Shown here: positions 7,234-14,741 of the stretch, in pieces
Numbering within the stretch: the first letter of the stretch is position 1
Layout of the letters: each line of letters begins with the position of its first letter
Virus record (IMG/VR): IMGVR_UViG_3300044513_000108
Location: 1 to 34,406 of that record
Source of the DNA: a virus
Taxonomy: Duplodnaviria > Caudoviricetes
Strand: one strand, 5' to 3'
DNA length: 34,406 bases
The notes under the pieces: generated by a model
What the model was told of the DNA's origin: nothing
Databases searched by the model: none
What the model saw: only the letters and a program-made list of their open reading frames with translations
Position numbers and translations under genes: made by a program

Positions 7234-7424
7234 CAACCCCGCCCCGCTTGGTGATCCATTGTCGTCTGGATGTGGCGCTGGCGGATATTGCTCTCAAGCT
7301 GTCTGACCAGCAGCTCATCGGCAAGCGACGACTGACTACGGTGAGCCGACACAGCCAGCTCGGCCTTTAGCATTTCGATGGTCGAGGCTCTGAGCCTCAA
7401 CAAAACTGGTTTAACTTCGCTCAT
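7233..7424 (-). CDS. Ribbon-helix-helix (Arc/CopG-like) regulator
   Basis: KPVLLRL beta strand followed by two helices (STIEMLKAEL; SQSSLADELLVRQL). First gene of the leftward operon, start placed at ATG 7424. Confidence 0.55.
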   Translation of the reverse strand: MSEVKPVLLRLRASTIEMLKAELAVSAHRSQSSLADELLVRQLESNIRQRHIQTTMDHQAGRG

Positions 7425-7487
7425 TTTATGACCCTTCTGTGATCGTTGCTGGAAGCAAAAAACGCTTCTGGCTTCTTTTTGGTACAC

Positions 7488-7664
7488 TTATGCCCCAAAA
7501 CGCCTACATGCCGTCAGCGGGCAAATTTGGGCGATTAAAGGCATAGTGATATTTTTCTGCAATTAATCTAATAATAATGCAATATCGGTCTTGTCATATG
7601 TAAATAGCATCCCTATATATAATAGGTAAGAGGGACAAACACGGGAAATCAGGGAGATTACCAA
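7488..7664. promoter_or_regulatory. Divergent promoter region
   Basis: AT-rich gap between divergent operons. Rightward TTGTCA (7591) then TATATATAAT (7614-7623); weaker leftward TTGCAG-N17-TTTAAT (7562-7534). Confidence 0.6.
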
Positions 7665-7997
7665 ATGGATTTGATAGCAAAAAGAGTTAAAGCGGGCGTT
7701 CCAATATGGACACTTTATAAAGATGAAATTTTTGATATTGGTTGCATGACAATTTTTGTTGGGGAAGGCGTTGTTGCTACGGTTGAGCTTGCTATGTCAG
7801 ACGCTACTGAGTTTCGTGGCTCAGATGTCTCTGAGGTTTTATCAAAGTGTCGTGCAGCTCTTGAGGAAGATTATGCAGAGGTAAAAGCCGAAAGTCGTGC
7901 TGAAGCATTTGCCGAAGCTGGATCAGCGGCTATGTTTTCGGGGATGTCTAAGGAAGACGCTTATGATGTCGCATATTTAGCAATGGCGGTGGCTTAA
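7665..7997 (+). CDS. Acidic early hypothetical protein
   Basis: 110-aa ORF with AGGGAG SD, first gene after the promoter. Confidence 0.7.
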   Translation: MDLIAKRVKAGVPIWTLYKDEIFDIGCMTIFVGEGVVATVELAMSDATEFRGSDVSEVLSKCRAALEEDYAEVKAESRAEAFAEAGSAAMFSGMSKEDAYDVAYLAMAVA

Positions 7998-8027
7998 CAG
8001 CCCCGCCTCAACTAAGGGAGATTACCA

Positions 8028-8699
8028 ATGCACTATATTACTGAACTTCTGAATGACGTTAATTCTGCAACACAAGACGATGGCTTTGAGTTTGATGGCG
8101 TTTGGGTTACTGACCCTACTGTCAGTGAGTGTGGGCGTTTTGATTACACAAAAGAGGAAAGCCTTAATGCTTACGGCATTTCCAGCGAAAAGTATGACGC
8201 CTTAATCGCTAAGTCTAAAATCAAATGGACTGACTTTTCTTATAGCAATGACGCTTGCAACAGCATTGGCTTTGACTTGGATGGGTCAGGCGAAAACTAT
8301 GTTCAGTTGTTTGCCTTTGCATCTCAAGAAGATGCCGACGCTGAAGGGCTTGATGTGTATGGCATTACCGTTTGCGTTAATGGTGACACTTCTTATGACG
8401 AATGGTCAGGCAATGACCGTGATGAGGCTATCGCTAAGGCTTCAAGTAAGGCTCTTGAAATCAGTATCAGTAAACTTGTTATGAGCAAATCTTTTGATGA
8501 TTTGGATGCTCTGTGTCTGTTTGTGCAAAACTCAATTGGGCTTACTGATGGTGGCAACGCAGCAATGTTTTGGAGTGGTCTTGAAGATGGCGTCCAAGAG
8601 TTGTTAAGCGAAACCAAATCCAAGAATGTTTTGGATGCTATTCCAGAAGGCATTTTGCTGGAGTATGTGCAAAGCGAAATTTTATTTGCTCAATTATAA
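8028..8699 (+). CDS. Highly acidic early hypothetical protein
   Basis: 223-aa ORF with AGGGAG SD. About 42 D/E versus about 13 K/R by manual count. Confidence 0.75.
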   Translation: MHYITELLNDVNSATQDDGFEFDGVWVTDPTVSECGRFDYTKEESLNAYGISSEKYDALIAKSKIKWTDFSYSNDACNSIGFDLDGSGENYVQLFAFASQEDADAEGLDVYGITVCVNGDTSYDEWSGNDRDEAIAKASSKALEISISKLVMSKSFDDLDALCLFVQNSIGLTDGGNAAMFWSGLEDGVQELLSETKSKNVLDAIPEGILLEYVQSEILFAQL

Positions 8700-8713
8700 A
8701 ATGGGAGATCAGC

Positions 8714-9004
8714 ATGAAACAGATCAGAACAGACCGCGAAAAACTCTGGTACGTCGTGAGCCGTCCGTTCACTGCGCCGGTTGTCACTGGACCTTTGTAC
8801 GACAGGCACGACGCAATCGCGTTGGCTTGCAAGCGCACCGACCACAAGAGCCTCATCACGCACATATCGCGTGGTGAATCTTGGGTCGGCGGTGAGGTTG
8901 TGTGTAGCGCGTATCGGCTACACGTTAACGGCTGGACGGCGTTGGCACCGAAGAAGGCTGACGGACGATTAAAGAAGCCGTCCAAGTGGGGGAGAGCGAC
9001 ATGA
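8714..9004 (+). CDS. Hypothetical protein
   Basis: 96-aa ORF with GGGAG SD. ATGA overlap with the next gene. Confidence 0.65.
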   Translation: MKQIRTDREKLWYVVSRPFTAPVVTGPLYDRHDAIALACKRTDHKSLITHISRGESWVGGEVVCSAYRLHVNGWTALAPKKADGRLKKPSKWGRAT

Positions 9005-9123
9005 TTAAAGACACAATTTGTATGCTGTTGCTGATGGCATTTGGCTTGGCGTTTTTTACTAGTGCGGTGACCACTGAATATAACGTGTGGGCGCTGATGG
9101 TTCGCTTTGGGGGTGCGGGATGA
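9001..9123 (+). CDS. Small single-TM protein (40 aa)
   Basis: Not in the track. MIKDTICMLLLMAFGLAFFTSAVTTEYNVWALMVRFGGAG; GGGGAG SD; ATGA overlaps at both ends. Confidence 0.65.
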   Translation: MIKDTICMLLLMAFGLAFFTSAVTTEYNVWALMVRFGGAG

Positions 9124-10118
9124 TCGTTTATCTTGCGACCAATACGGTTAATGGTATGCAGTATGTTGGGCTTACGCGCAGAAAAACCTTAGAGCCGCGC
9201 GTCACGGAGCATTTTGCTAAAGCTAGAAATTCTAAAAAAGGAAGCGCCAAAACCATAGCCCACGCTATCAGGGTTTATGGTCAAGACGCCTTCAAGTTTG
9301 AAATTTTGGACAAGACTGAAAACCTAAAAACATTAAGCCGCGCAGAAAGGTATTGGATAAAAAAACTAAACACCAAATACCCAAATGGGTACAACGTAAA
9401 ATCAGGTGGTTGCCCAACTTTTAAATTGGCCTCAGGTGATTTGTATGAAATTGACGGCAAAAAATATTATGGGTGCGGCGATTTGGCAGAGCATTTCACT
9501 GTCAGCGTTCACAATATCAGACACAGGATTTTGAGGGCTGGCTGGACGCCAAGGCAAGCAGTTGAGATTGACGCGCCCCCTGCAAATATTAAAAAGTACA
9601 ATGGAAAACATCACGCCACACTTTCTGTTGGCAAACCCATATTTGTAATGGGCAAAAAATTTACCTCAATAAAAGAGGCTTGCGAGCATTACGGCATATC
9701 GGACAATTTGTATCATTCTCGAAAAAAAATGGGCTGGTCACTTGAAGAAGCATTTGAGATTAAAAAAAGAGACCGCCCAACAAGTCGTGGCAGTGAGATT
9801 ATTGTTGGTGATTTGCTTTTCCCCAGCATATCAAAAGCATCAAAGCATTTTGGGATTAGGGCTGGGTGCGTAACGCAGCGACTATCTAATGGTTGGACAA
9901 TCGCTGAGGCGTTCGGGCTTGAACCAAGGCGCTCTTGGTCTAATTCAACAAAAATAAAAGGGTTTAGCTCAATATCAGAAGCCGCAAGAAAAACCGGCAT
10001 AAACCCACAAACAGTGTCTTGGCGTGTCAGAAATGGCTGGACGCCAGAACAGGCCGTCGGCATTGAGCCAATACACGGCAACAACCAAAACCTTAGAAAA
10101 GAACAAGGAGTAAACTAA
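9120..10118 (+). CDS. Free-standing GIY-YIG endonuclease with four C-terminal HTH-like repeats
   Basis: IVYLATN..NGMQYVG, R..EH, AERYWI and GYN. Repeats of SI.EA..H.GI....R...GW(T/S).E.A. Lower GC than the flanks. Confidence 0.85.
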   Translation: MIVYLATNTVNGMQYVGLTRRKTLEPRVTEHFAKARNSKKGSAKTIAHAIRVYGQDAFKFEILDKTENLKTLSRAERYWIKKLNTKYPNGYNVKSGGCPTFKLASGDLYEIDGKKYYGCGDLAEHFTVSVHNIRHRILRAGWTPRQAVEIDAPPANIKKYNGKHHATLSVGKPIFVMGKKFTSIKEACEHYGISDNLYHSRKKMGWSLEEAFEIKKRDRPTSRGSEIIVGDLLFPSISKASKHFGIRAGCVTQRLSNGWTIAEAFGLEPRRSWSNSTKIKGFSSISEAARKTGINPQTVSWRVRNGWTPEQAVGIEPIHGNNQNLRKEQGVN

Positions 10119-10432
10119 TGAAAAACGTAGTTATAAATATCGCAAAAGAGTATCACCCAGTTCCGAGCAAGGACACAAGCACCGGCGCATTCACTAATGC
10201 AGTTTTGATTATTGAAGTTGAAAGCGATGAAATGCCTTGGCTCGTCATAGCGATTACTGACGATGGAGAAGTTGGCAGATGGTATCACGCAAGCAAAACT
10301 ACTGCCCTCAGTACAGCCGCATACCAAGCTATATCTCGTGATTTACCGATATTGATCGAATTAAGTCCGTCTGATGCTTGCCCCGAAACTTATGAGGCCT
10401 TGTCAAACAGGAGAAATAAAAATGGTCGGTAA
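10118..10432 (+). CDS. Hypothetical protein
   Basis: AAGGAG SD and TAATG coupling with the GIY-YIG gene. Confidence 0.6.
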   Translation: MKNVVINIAKEYHPVPSKDTSTGAFTNAVLIIEVESDEMPWLVIAITDDGEVGRWYHASKTTALSTAAYQAISRDLPILIELSPSDACPETYEALSNRRNKNGR

Positions 10433-11384
10433 AAAGACACCAGACGACATCGTCACCGCATCACGCATACCGTTGCTGATGAACGCGTCGCCATACGGCA
10501 CGCCAAACGACTTGCTGGCTGAGGCACTAGCCTCAATCGAAGGCAAGCCAAACCCAAATCCATTCAACGGCAACGAAGCCTGCGATTGGGGTGACGCCTT
10601 AGAGGGCGTCATCCTCACCACCGCCGCTGAAAGGCTAAACCTGACTGACCTGAAGCTGGAACACGACGCCGTTTTTCACGACACGTTGCCATTCGCCGTG
10701 TCGCTTGACGGCACCGCTGACGGCGGGCTGGGGCATGAAGTCACCACAGACCCAGCCAAGGGCATCTATTGCGTTGACGGCCCTGTCTGGGTGGACGGCG
10801 TCGGCGTCTTGGAGAGCAAGCTCACTAGCAGCAAACCAGAAGACCGCCCAGCGCCTCACAGGGGGCCGCTACAGTTGCAGGGGCAATTGATGGCCACCAA
10901 GTTAACGTGGGGCGCCGTGTGCGTCTTATACGGCGGTGTGGAGCTACGCATCTTCTTGTATCAAGCCAACGCCGCAACTCAGTCGCGCATCACGGACGAA
11001 ATCGAGGAGTTTGAGCGCCGCAAGTTTGACGTTGACTGGTATCCGATCCAGTCCAGCTCCGACGGCAATACAGCGTATCCTCGTGTCGATGACGGCGCGC
11101 CGCCAATCACGCTTGAGGGCGAAGACAACGACTGGCTGGCGCAACTTGTCAACGCCAAGGACGCCAAGCGGGCGGCTGAGGGCGACATCGACGAAGCTGA
11201 GGCTATGCTGAAAGAGCGTATGGGCAGCCACGATGAGGCGGTCGGGATGGTCGGCAATCGCTCTTACTATGTTAAATGGCCAATGCGTAATTTTAAGGCG
11301 CAACCGGCAAAGACGACACCGGCCAAGCCCGCACGGATTGTCCGGCAGTCAACCTTAACCATTAAGGAGTCAAAAGATGATTGA
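10422..11384 (+). CDS. YqaJ-like viral recombinase / lambda-exonuclease-family nuclease
   Basis: TAS....L..SPY.TP, WG..LE, SLDG, LESK and QLQGQL motifs. AGGAG SD before ATG 10422. Confidence 0.85.
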   Translation: MVGKKTPDDIVTASRIPLLMNASPYGTPNDLLAEALASIEGKPNPNPFNGNEACDWGDALEGVILTTAAERLNLTDLKLEHDAVFHDTLPFAVSLDGTADGGLGHEVTTDPAKGIYCVDGPVWVDGVGVLESKLTSSKPEDRPAPHRGPLQLQGQLMATKLTWGAVCVLYGGVELRIFLYQANAATQSRITDEIEEFERRKFDVDWYPIQSSSDGNTAYPRVDDGAPPITLEGEDNDWLAQLVNAKDAKRAAEGDIDEAEAMLKERMGSHDEAVGMVGNRSYYVKWPMRNFKAQPAKTTPAKPARIVRQSTLTIKESKDD

Positions 11385-11589
11385 TGTGCCGCTGACAAAG
11401 GCTCAGACGGAGCTGCGGATTCTGATTGACCGCATGACCCGCCGTTACGGCTACACGCCGACCATCAGTGAGCTGTCACAAAAGACCGGCAAGAGCTTCA
11501 GCCAAGTACACCGGCTGATGGCCGGACTGGTTGAGCGTGGCGCGGCTGAGAAGGTGGCCGGTAAAGCCAGAGCGTTTAAGTTACTATAG
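11377..11589 (+). CDS. LexA-type winged-HTH DNA-binding domain protein (no peptidase domain)
   Basis: LTKAQ...I......GYTPTISEL....G..S..VHRL...LVERG.......KARAFKLL matches the LexA N-terminal domain. Only 70 aa. Confidence 0.8.
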   Translation: MIDVPLTKAQTELRILIDRMTRRYGYTPTISELSQKTGKSFSQVHRLMAGLVERGAAEKVAGKARAFKLL

Positions 11590-11598
11590 GGGGATGAC

Positions 11599-11772
11599 AT
11601 GCAGACAGAACACCTAAAGCCAGATGACCTAGTCAGCGTGACTGGCCCCAAGGGCAGGCTGGTGACAGCCTTGGTCAGGCGGGTCGAGCGCATTGACGAT
11701 GAAAGCTACAATGTGGTTTTCGAGGATATGCAGACCGCCGACAGGTTTGACTATCAATATCTATACAAGTGA
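11599..11772 (+). CDS. Small hypothetical protein (57 aa)
   Basis: Not in the track. MQTEHLKPDDLVSVTGPKGRLVTALVRRVERIDDESYNVVFEDMQTADRFDYQYLYK, preceded by AGGGGG. Confidence 0.6.
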   Translation: MQTEHLKPDDLVSVTGPKGRLVTALVRRVERIDDESYNVVFEDMQTADRFDYQYLYK

Positions 11773-11776
11773 GGTG

Positions 11777-11802
11777 AGGGGGCGGAAGCCCCCTTATTTT
11801 TT
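11777..11802 (+). terminator. Rho-independent terminator at the convergence of early and late operons
   Basis: AGGGGGC-GGAA-GCCCCCT followed by TATTTTTT. Confidence 0.8.
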
Positions 11803-12180
11803 GCCAAAAAACTTGGCGGCAGAACGCGTCGCAAAGCTGGCTGAGACGATAACGCCAAGGGTATATTGATAATACTCCGGCATAGCCTCAAGCGCCGCAA
11901 AGCCCTCAGATACTATATGCCTACCCCAATCGCCGCAGAAGGCTAGGATCAGGGGGATGCTAAACAAAATTGTAAGCCACTCGTCTTTCCAGCTTGCCGC
12001 GCTGGCATCGGCCATCTTCAAGTCCCAATCAATCTCGCCAGTGGCCTTTTTTTCCATTATGGTGGCCTCTGCCTTGGCCTTGGCTACCTTTGCGCCTGTC
12101 TCCGCCTTAGCGGTCTCCACGCGGCCTTCTAGCCACGTTCCCGCAAGGCTGGAGATTGGGCCTAATAGTGCTTGGATCAT
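11794..12180 (-). CDS. Putative holin (3TM-holin-like)
   Basis: SWKDEW followed by hydrophobic segments, MPEYYQY.LG..V.ASF and a basic C-terminus. Last gene of the lysis cassette. Confidence 0.65.
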   Translation of the reverse strand: MIQALLGPISSLAGTWLEGRVETAKAETGAKVAKAKAEATIMEKKATGEIDWDLKMADASAASWKDEWLTILFSIPLILAFCGDWGRHIVSEGFAALEAMPEYYQYTLGVIVSASFATRSAAKFFGKK

Positions 12181-12374
12181 TTCTTCGCCTCCGAGTTTAA
12201 AAACACGGCTAGGCTACCAGTCATAGCCCCGGTAACCACGCTAATCAGGCTGGCCTGTTGTGTCGACAAGTCTGGCATCGCCAGCGCCCACTCAATGCAA
12301 CGCACATAAACCACGGTCATAGTAAAAATCATCAGCCGGGGGATGATCTTATATTCCAGCAGCACCTTACTCAT
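12177..12374 (-). CDS. Small two-TM membrane protein (lysis cassette)
   Basis: MSKVLLEYKIIPRLMIF...ASLISVVTGAMTG. Overlaps the endolysin stop. Confidence 0.6.
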   Translation of the reverse strand: MSKVLLEYKIIPRLMIFTMTVVYVRCIEWALAMPDLSTQQASLISVVTGAMTGSLAVFLNSEAKK

Positions 12375-12852
12375 CAGCCAGCGCCCTAAAGCGTGCCGTG
12401 AGCCTCTTGGCTCTGTTAGGCACCTGATCAAACCAGCGGCTGTCCTCAGCCTCTGCGGCCACGGTCAGCCACGCCTTGGGGTCTTCCATAGCCTCAGCCA
12501 CGGCAGCCCACATCTTCTTGAATTTCGAGTGGCGGGGGTAGCCGAGGTTAAACGTCATATTGCATAACGCCAACGCGCCGTCTGGATATTTCAGGTCAAG
12601 CTCGTTGAAATCGACGCCGACGTTGTCACACAGGCGGCGGCAGTCCTCAATCGTCACGGCAATGTCGAGATTAAAGGCCTTGCGCACGCGGTCTTCCGAC
12701 ACCTCAGTGCCGACCGGCAGGCCGTATTCTGGGTCATGCTCTTTGATTAGGTGACCAATTCCGAAAGTGGGGAGATGGAGATGATCCAAATAAATCGAAT
12801 ACTTACAGCCCTCGTCTTCGGCCAGCTCCTCGCGCAGCGCGTCCTTATTCAT
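12367..12852 (-). CDS. Endolysin, T4-lysozyme-like (GH24)
   Basis: DEG....YLD....PTFGIGHL gives the catalytic E/D/T arrangement, plus NMTFNLG and SRWFDQVPNRAKRL. Confidence 0.9.
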   Translation of the reverse strand: MNKDALREELAEDEGCKYSIYLDHLHLPTFGIGHLIKEHDPEYGLPVGTEVSEDRVRKAFNLDIAVTIEDCRRLCDNVGVDFNELDLKYPDGALALCNMTFNLGYPRHSKFKKMWAAVAEAMEDPKAWLTVAAEAEDSRWFDQVPNRAKRLTARFRALADE

Positions 12853-13262
12853 CGCCTCATCTCCAAAACGTGATCAACCGCCTTATCCCAGCTATCGTTT
12901 TCCGCAGCCTCAGTGAAGCGCGACGCTGGCAGGCGCATACTATATTGCCGTACTGACGTAACCGGCATGAACAAGACCCTTCGCGCATTGGGGGAAACAA
13001 GGCAGAGAACATCGTAATCATCCTTTGTTGGCAGATGTTTTGCTTTACAGCCGTGACCAAGTTGGAAGTGGTGACGCGGAGATCGACCATCTTGATTGCC
13101 AAGTAAACTCGCAGTCTTTGCCTGCACTCGAAGAAACTCTTGCCCATTCCACGCCACCATATCTACCCGGTCTTGTTGAGCCATAGAGACGCGCCACCCT
13201 TGTGCAAGAATAGCGGCGGCAGCAATGTACTCGCCAATAAGTCCGGTTGTTGTTTCACTCAT
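12849..13262 (-). CDS. PD-(D/E)xK endonuclease-like protein
   Basis: GLIGEYIAAA...GW.V...DMVA...LRVQAKT...YDVL.LV. Confidence 0.7.
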   Translation of the reverse strand: MSETTTGLIGEYIAAAAILAQGWRVSMAQQDRVDMVAWNGQEFLRVQAKTASLLGNQDGRSPRHHFQLGHGCKAKHLPTKDDYDVLCLVSPNARRVLFMPVTSVRQYSMRLPASRFTEAAENDSWDKAVDHVLEMRR

Positions 13263-13759
13263 TTAAGCCCAATGGCTCCAGCAGTTGACACCATCACAAC
13301 GACAAATAAACCTACCACAACGACCGACAACAAGAAAATACCTATTCCGATTTTGAAGTTTTCCATTATTTCGTCTTGCCGCAATTGAGCCTGACGCCGA
13401 GCCTCTAGCTGGGCGGCCTTGGCCTCCCTGATCCGCTTGGCTCTCTCATCCAAAATTGATTGCCACGTCCCTGCCCCAAACCGGTGGTCTGTCAGGCGGC
13501 GAACTTCGGCGACGTGTTCTGCGGCGATCTTCGCGTCGATCATTTCCTTGGCTACAGACTGAACACCGAATTGGTCGGCTAGTCCGACCCCAGCCTTTTT
13601 GTTGCTGGCGGCCTGAACCTGAGCCTGCCCATTGAGAAGCGCGTCGATGTCATTGGCAATAGCGCCTATATCCTTTGCAGTGCCGAGCGCGGATTTGATC
13701 CCATCCACGCTCGCCTTTACCAGAGCAATCCCAGCCAATGCGGTTGATATAGGCTCCAT
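13259..13759 (-). CDS. Conserved phage protein with coiled coil and C-terminal TM segment
   Basis: MEPISTALAGIALVK...RFG.GTW..I..ER, then a hydrophobic tail. TAATG coupling fixes the start at 13759. Confidence 0.75.
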   Translation of the reverse strand: MEPISTALAGIALVKASVDGIKSALGTAKDIGAIANDIDALLNGQAQVQAASNKKAGVGLADQFGVQSVAKEMIDAKIAAEHVAEVRRLTDHRFGAGTWQSILDERAKRIREAKAAQLEARRQAQLRQDEIMENFKIGIGIFLLSVVVVGLFVVVMVSTAGAIGLK

Positions 13760-13959
13760 TATGACAGCATCCCTTTCCTCAGAACGTCGCAACGCCATTT
13801 TATCGGCATCAGGTTAGCTATCTCGCCAACAGCTCTGGACATCTCCATAGCGCGGCTGCGGCACTCTCTTTCAGTGTAATAGGGGCCACGGATATCGTGG
13901 AACTCAACGCAGTCAGTCGGCGACCCTATAACGCAAGCTAATACGACAGCCTTGAACAC
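13759..13959 (-). CDS. Small Cys-containing hypothetical protein
   Basis: MFKAVVLAC....C....RGPY.TE.EC..R. Tiled within the operon. Confidence 0.6.
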   Translation of the reverse strand: MFKAVVLACVIGSPTDCVEFHDIRGPYYTERECRSRAMEMSRAVGEIANLMPIKWRCDVLRKGMLS

Positions 13960-14181
13960 CTACCTGCTCAGGACTTTGTCAAGCTTATCCTCGACGCGGT
14001 GCAGGGCATCCATTACGTTACGCATGTCGTTACGCACATCGTCCTTTGAGGCGTATTCTTCCCGCGTCTTGTTCAGCAAGATGTTGATGCGCTTTTGCTC
14101 TTTGCTAGTCTCGCTCATCCACCAAGCTCCAGCGGCAGCCACTAAGCCAAGCAGCATATCTACAAGGCTGGTCATCTGCAT
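13960..14181 (-). CDS. Small membrane-anchored coiled-coil protein
   Basis: N-terminal TM, then LLNKTREEYASKDD...LHRVEDKLDK. Confidence 0.7.
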   Translation of the reverse strand: MQMTSLVDMLLGLVAAAGAWWMSETSKEQKRINILLNKTREEYASKDDVRNDMRNVMDALHRVEDKLDKVLSR

Positions 14182-14729
14182 TAGATTGCATCCGGCCAGT
14201 CATTGATAGGTGCGTTGCCAGTAGGATTGCCGTCAGCGTCCACAGGGGCGTCATACAACGCCATAAAGGCGTCCAAGGTAGTGACAGCAGTGATAGCTGC
14301 CTCAATCGTGCCTGACGCGGCTCTAACGGCTGCGCGGTAGGCTAGAACATCGGCAGGGATGTCTGTGCCGTTCTCGGCAGACCGCACGACCATCCAGTCA
14401 GTCGGTGCAAGCAAGCCACCAGCCTGTACCTTAACTGTGGCAATGGCGTTTGACTTGAGGCCAAGCGTTACTATCTGGTTGCCATCAGCATCGTTGATAG
14501 CGTTGCCATCTTCATCGACAGCGTTCACATCATCCAGCGACTTAGCCACACCGGCTGACCAATAGAACCGACCATCAAAGCTGTTGTCTGGGTCATCTTC
14601 CCAGACTAGCCCCTTGGCTGCTTTGGTTGCGTCATCCCACAACATCCAGTTAGCTGGGTGCTGTATTCCGTCATTGTCTGTCCACGCCTTGCCAGCGCGG
14701 ATAATACGACCTGAGTATTTGTATGCCAT
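14181..14729 (-). CDS. Tail fibre-associated / assembly protein
   Basis: HPANW, LLAPTDWMVVR..E and YRAAVR motifs. Directly downstream of the fibre gene. Confidence 0.6.
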   Translation of the reverse strand: MAYKYSGRIIRAGKAWTDNDGIQHPANWMLWDDATKAAKGLVWEDDPDNSFDGRFYWSAGVAKSLDDVNAVDEDGNAINDADGNQIVTLGLKSNAIATVKVQAGGLLAPTDWMVVRSAENGTDIPADVLAYRAAVRAASGTIEAAITAVTTLDAFMALYDAPVDADGNPTGNAPINDWPDAI

Positions 14730-14741
14730 CGGTATATCTCC

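Noticed and set aside
7563-7577. TTAA-N7-ATAA near-match to a CtrA box
   Set aside because: It has a mismatch and lies in an AT-rich region, so chance is likely.
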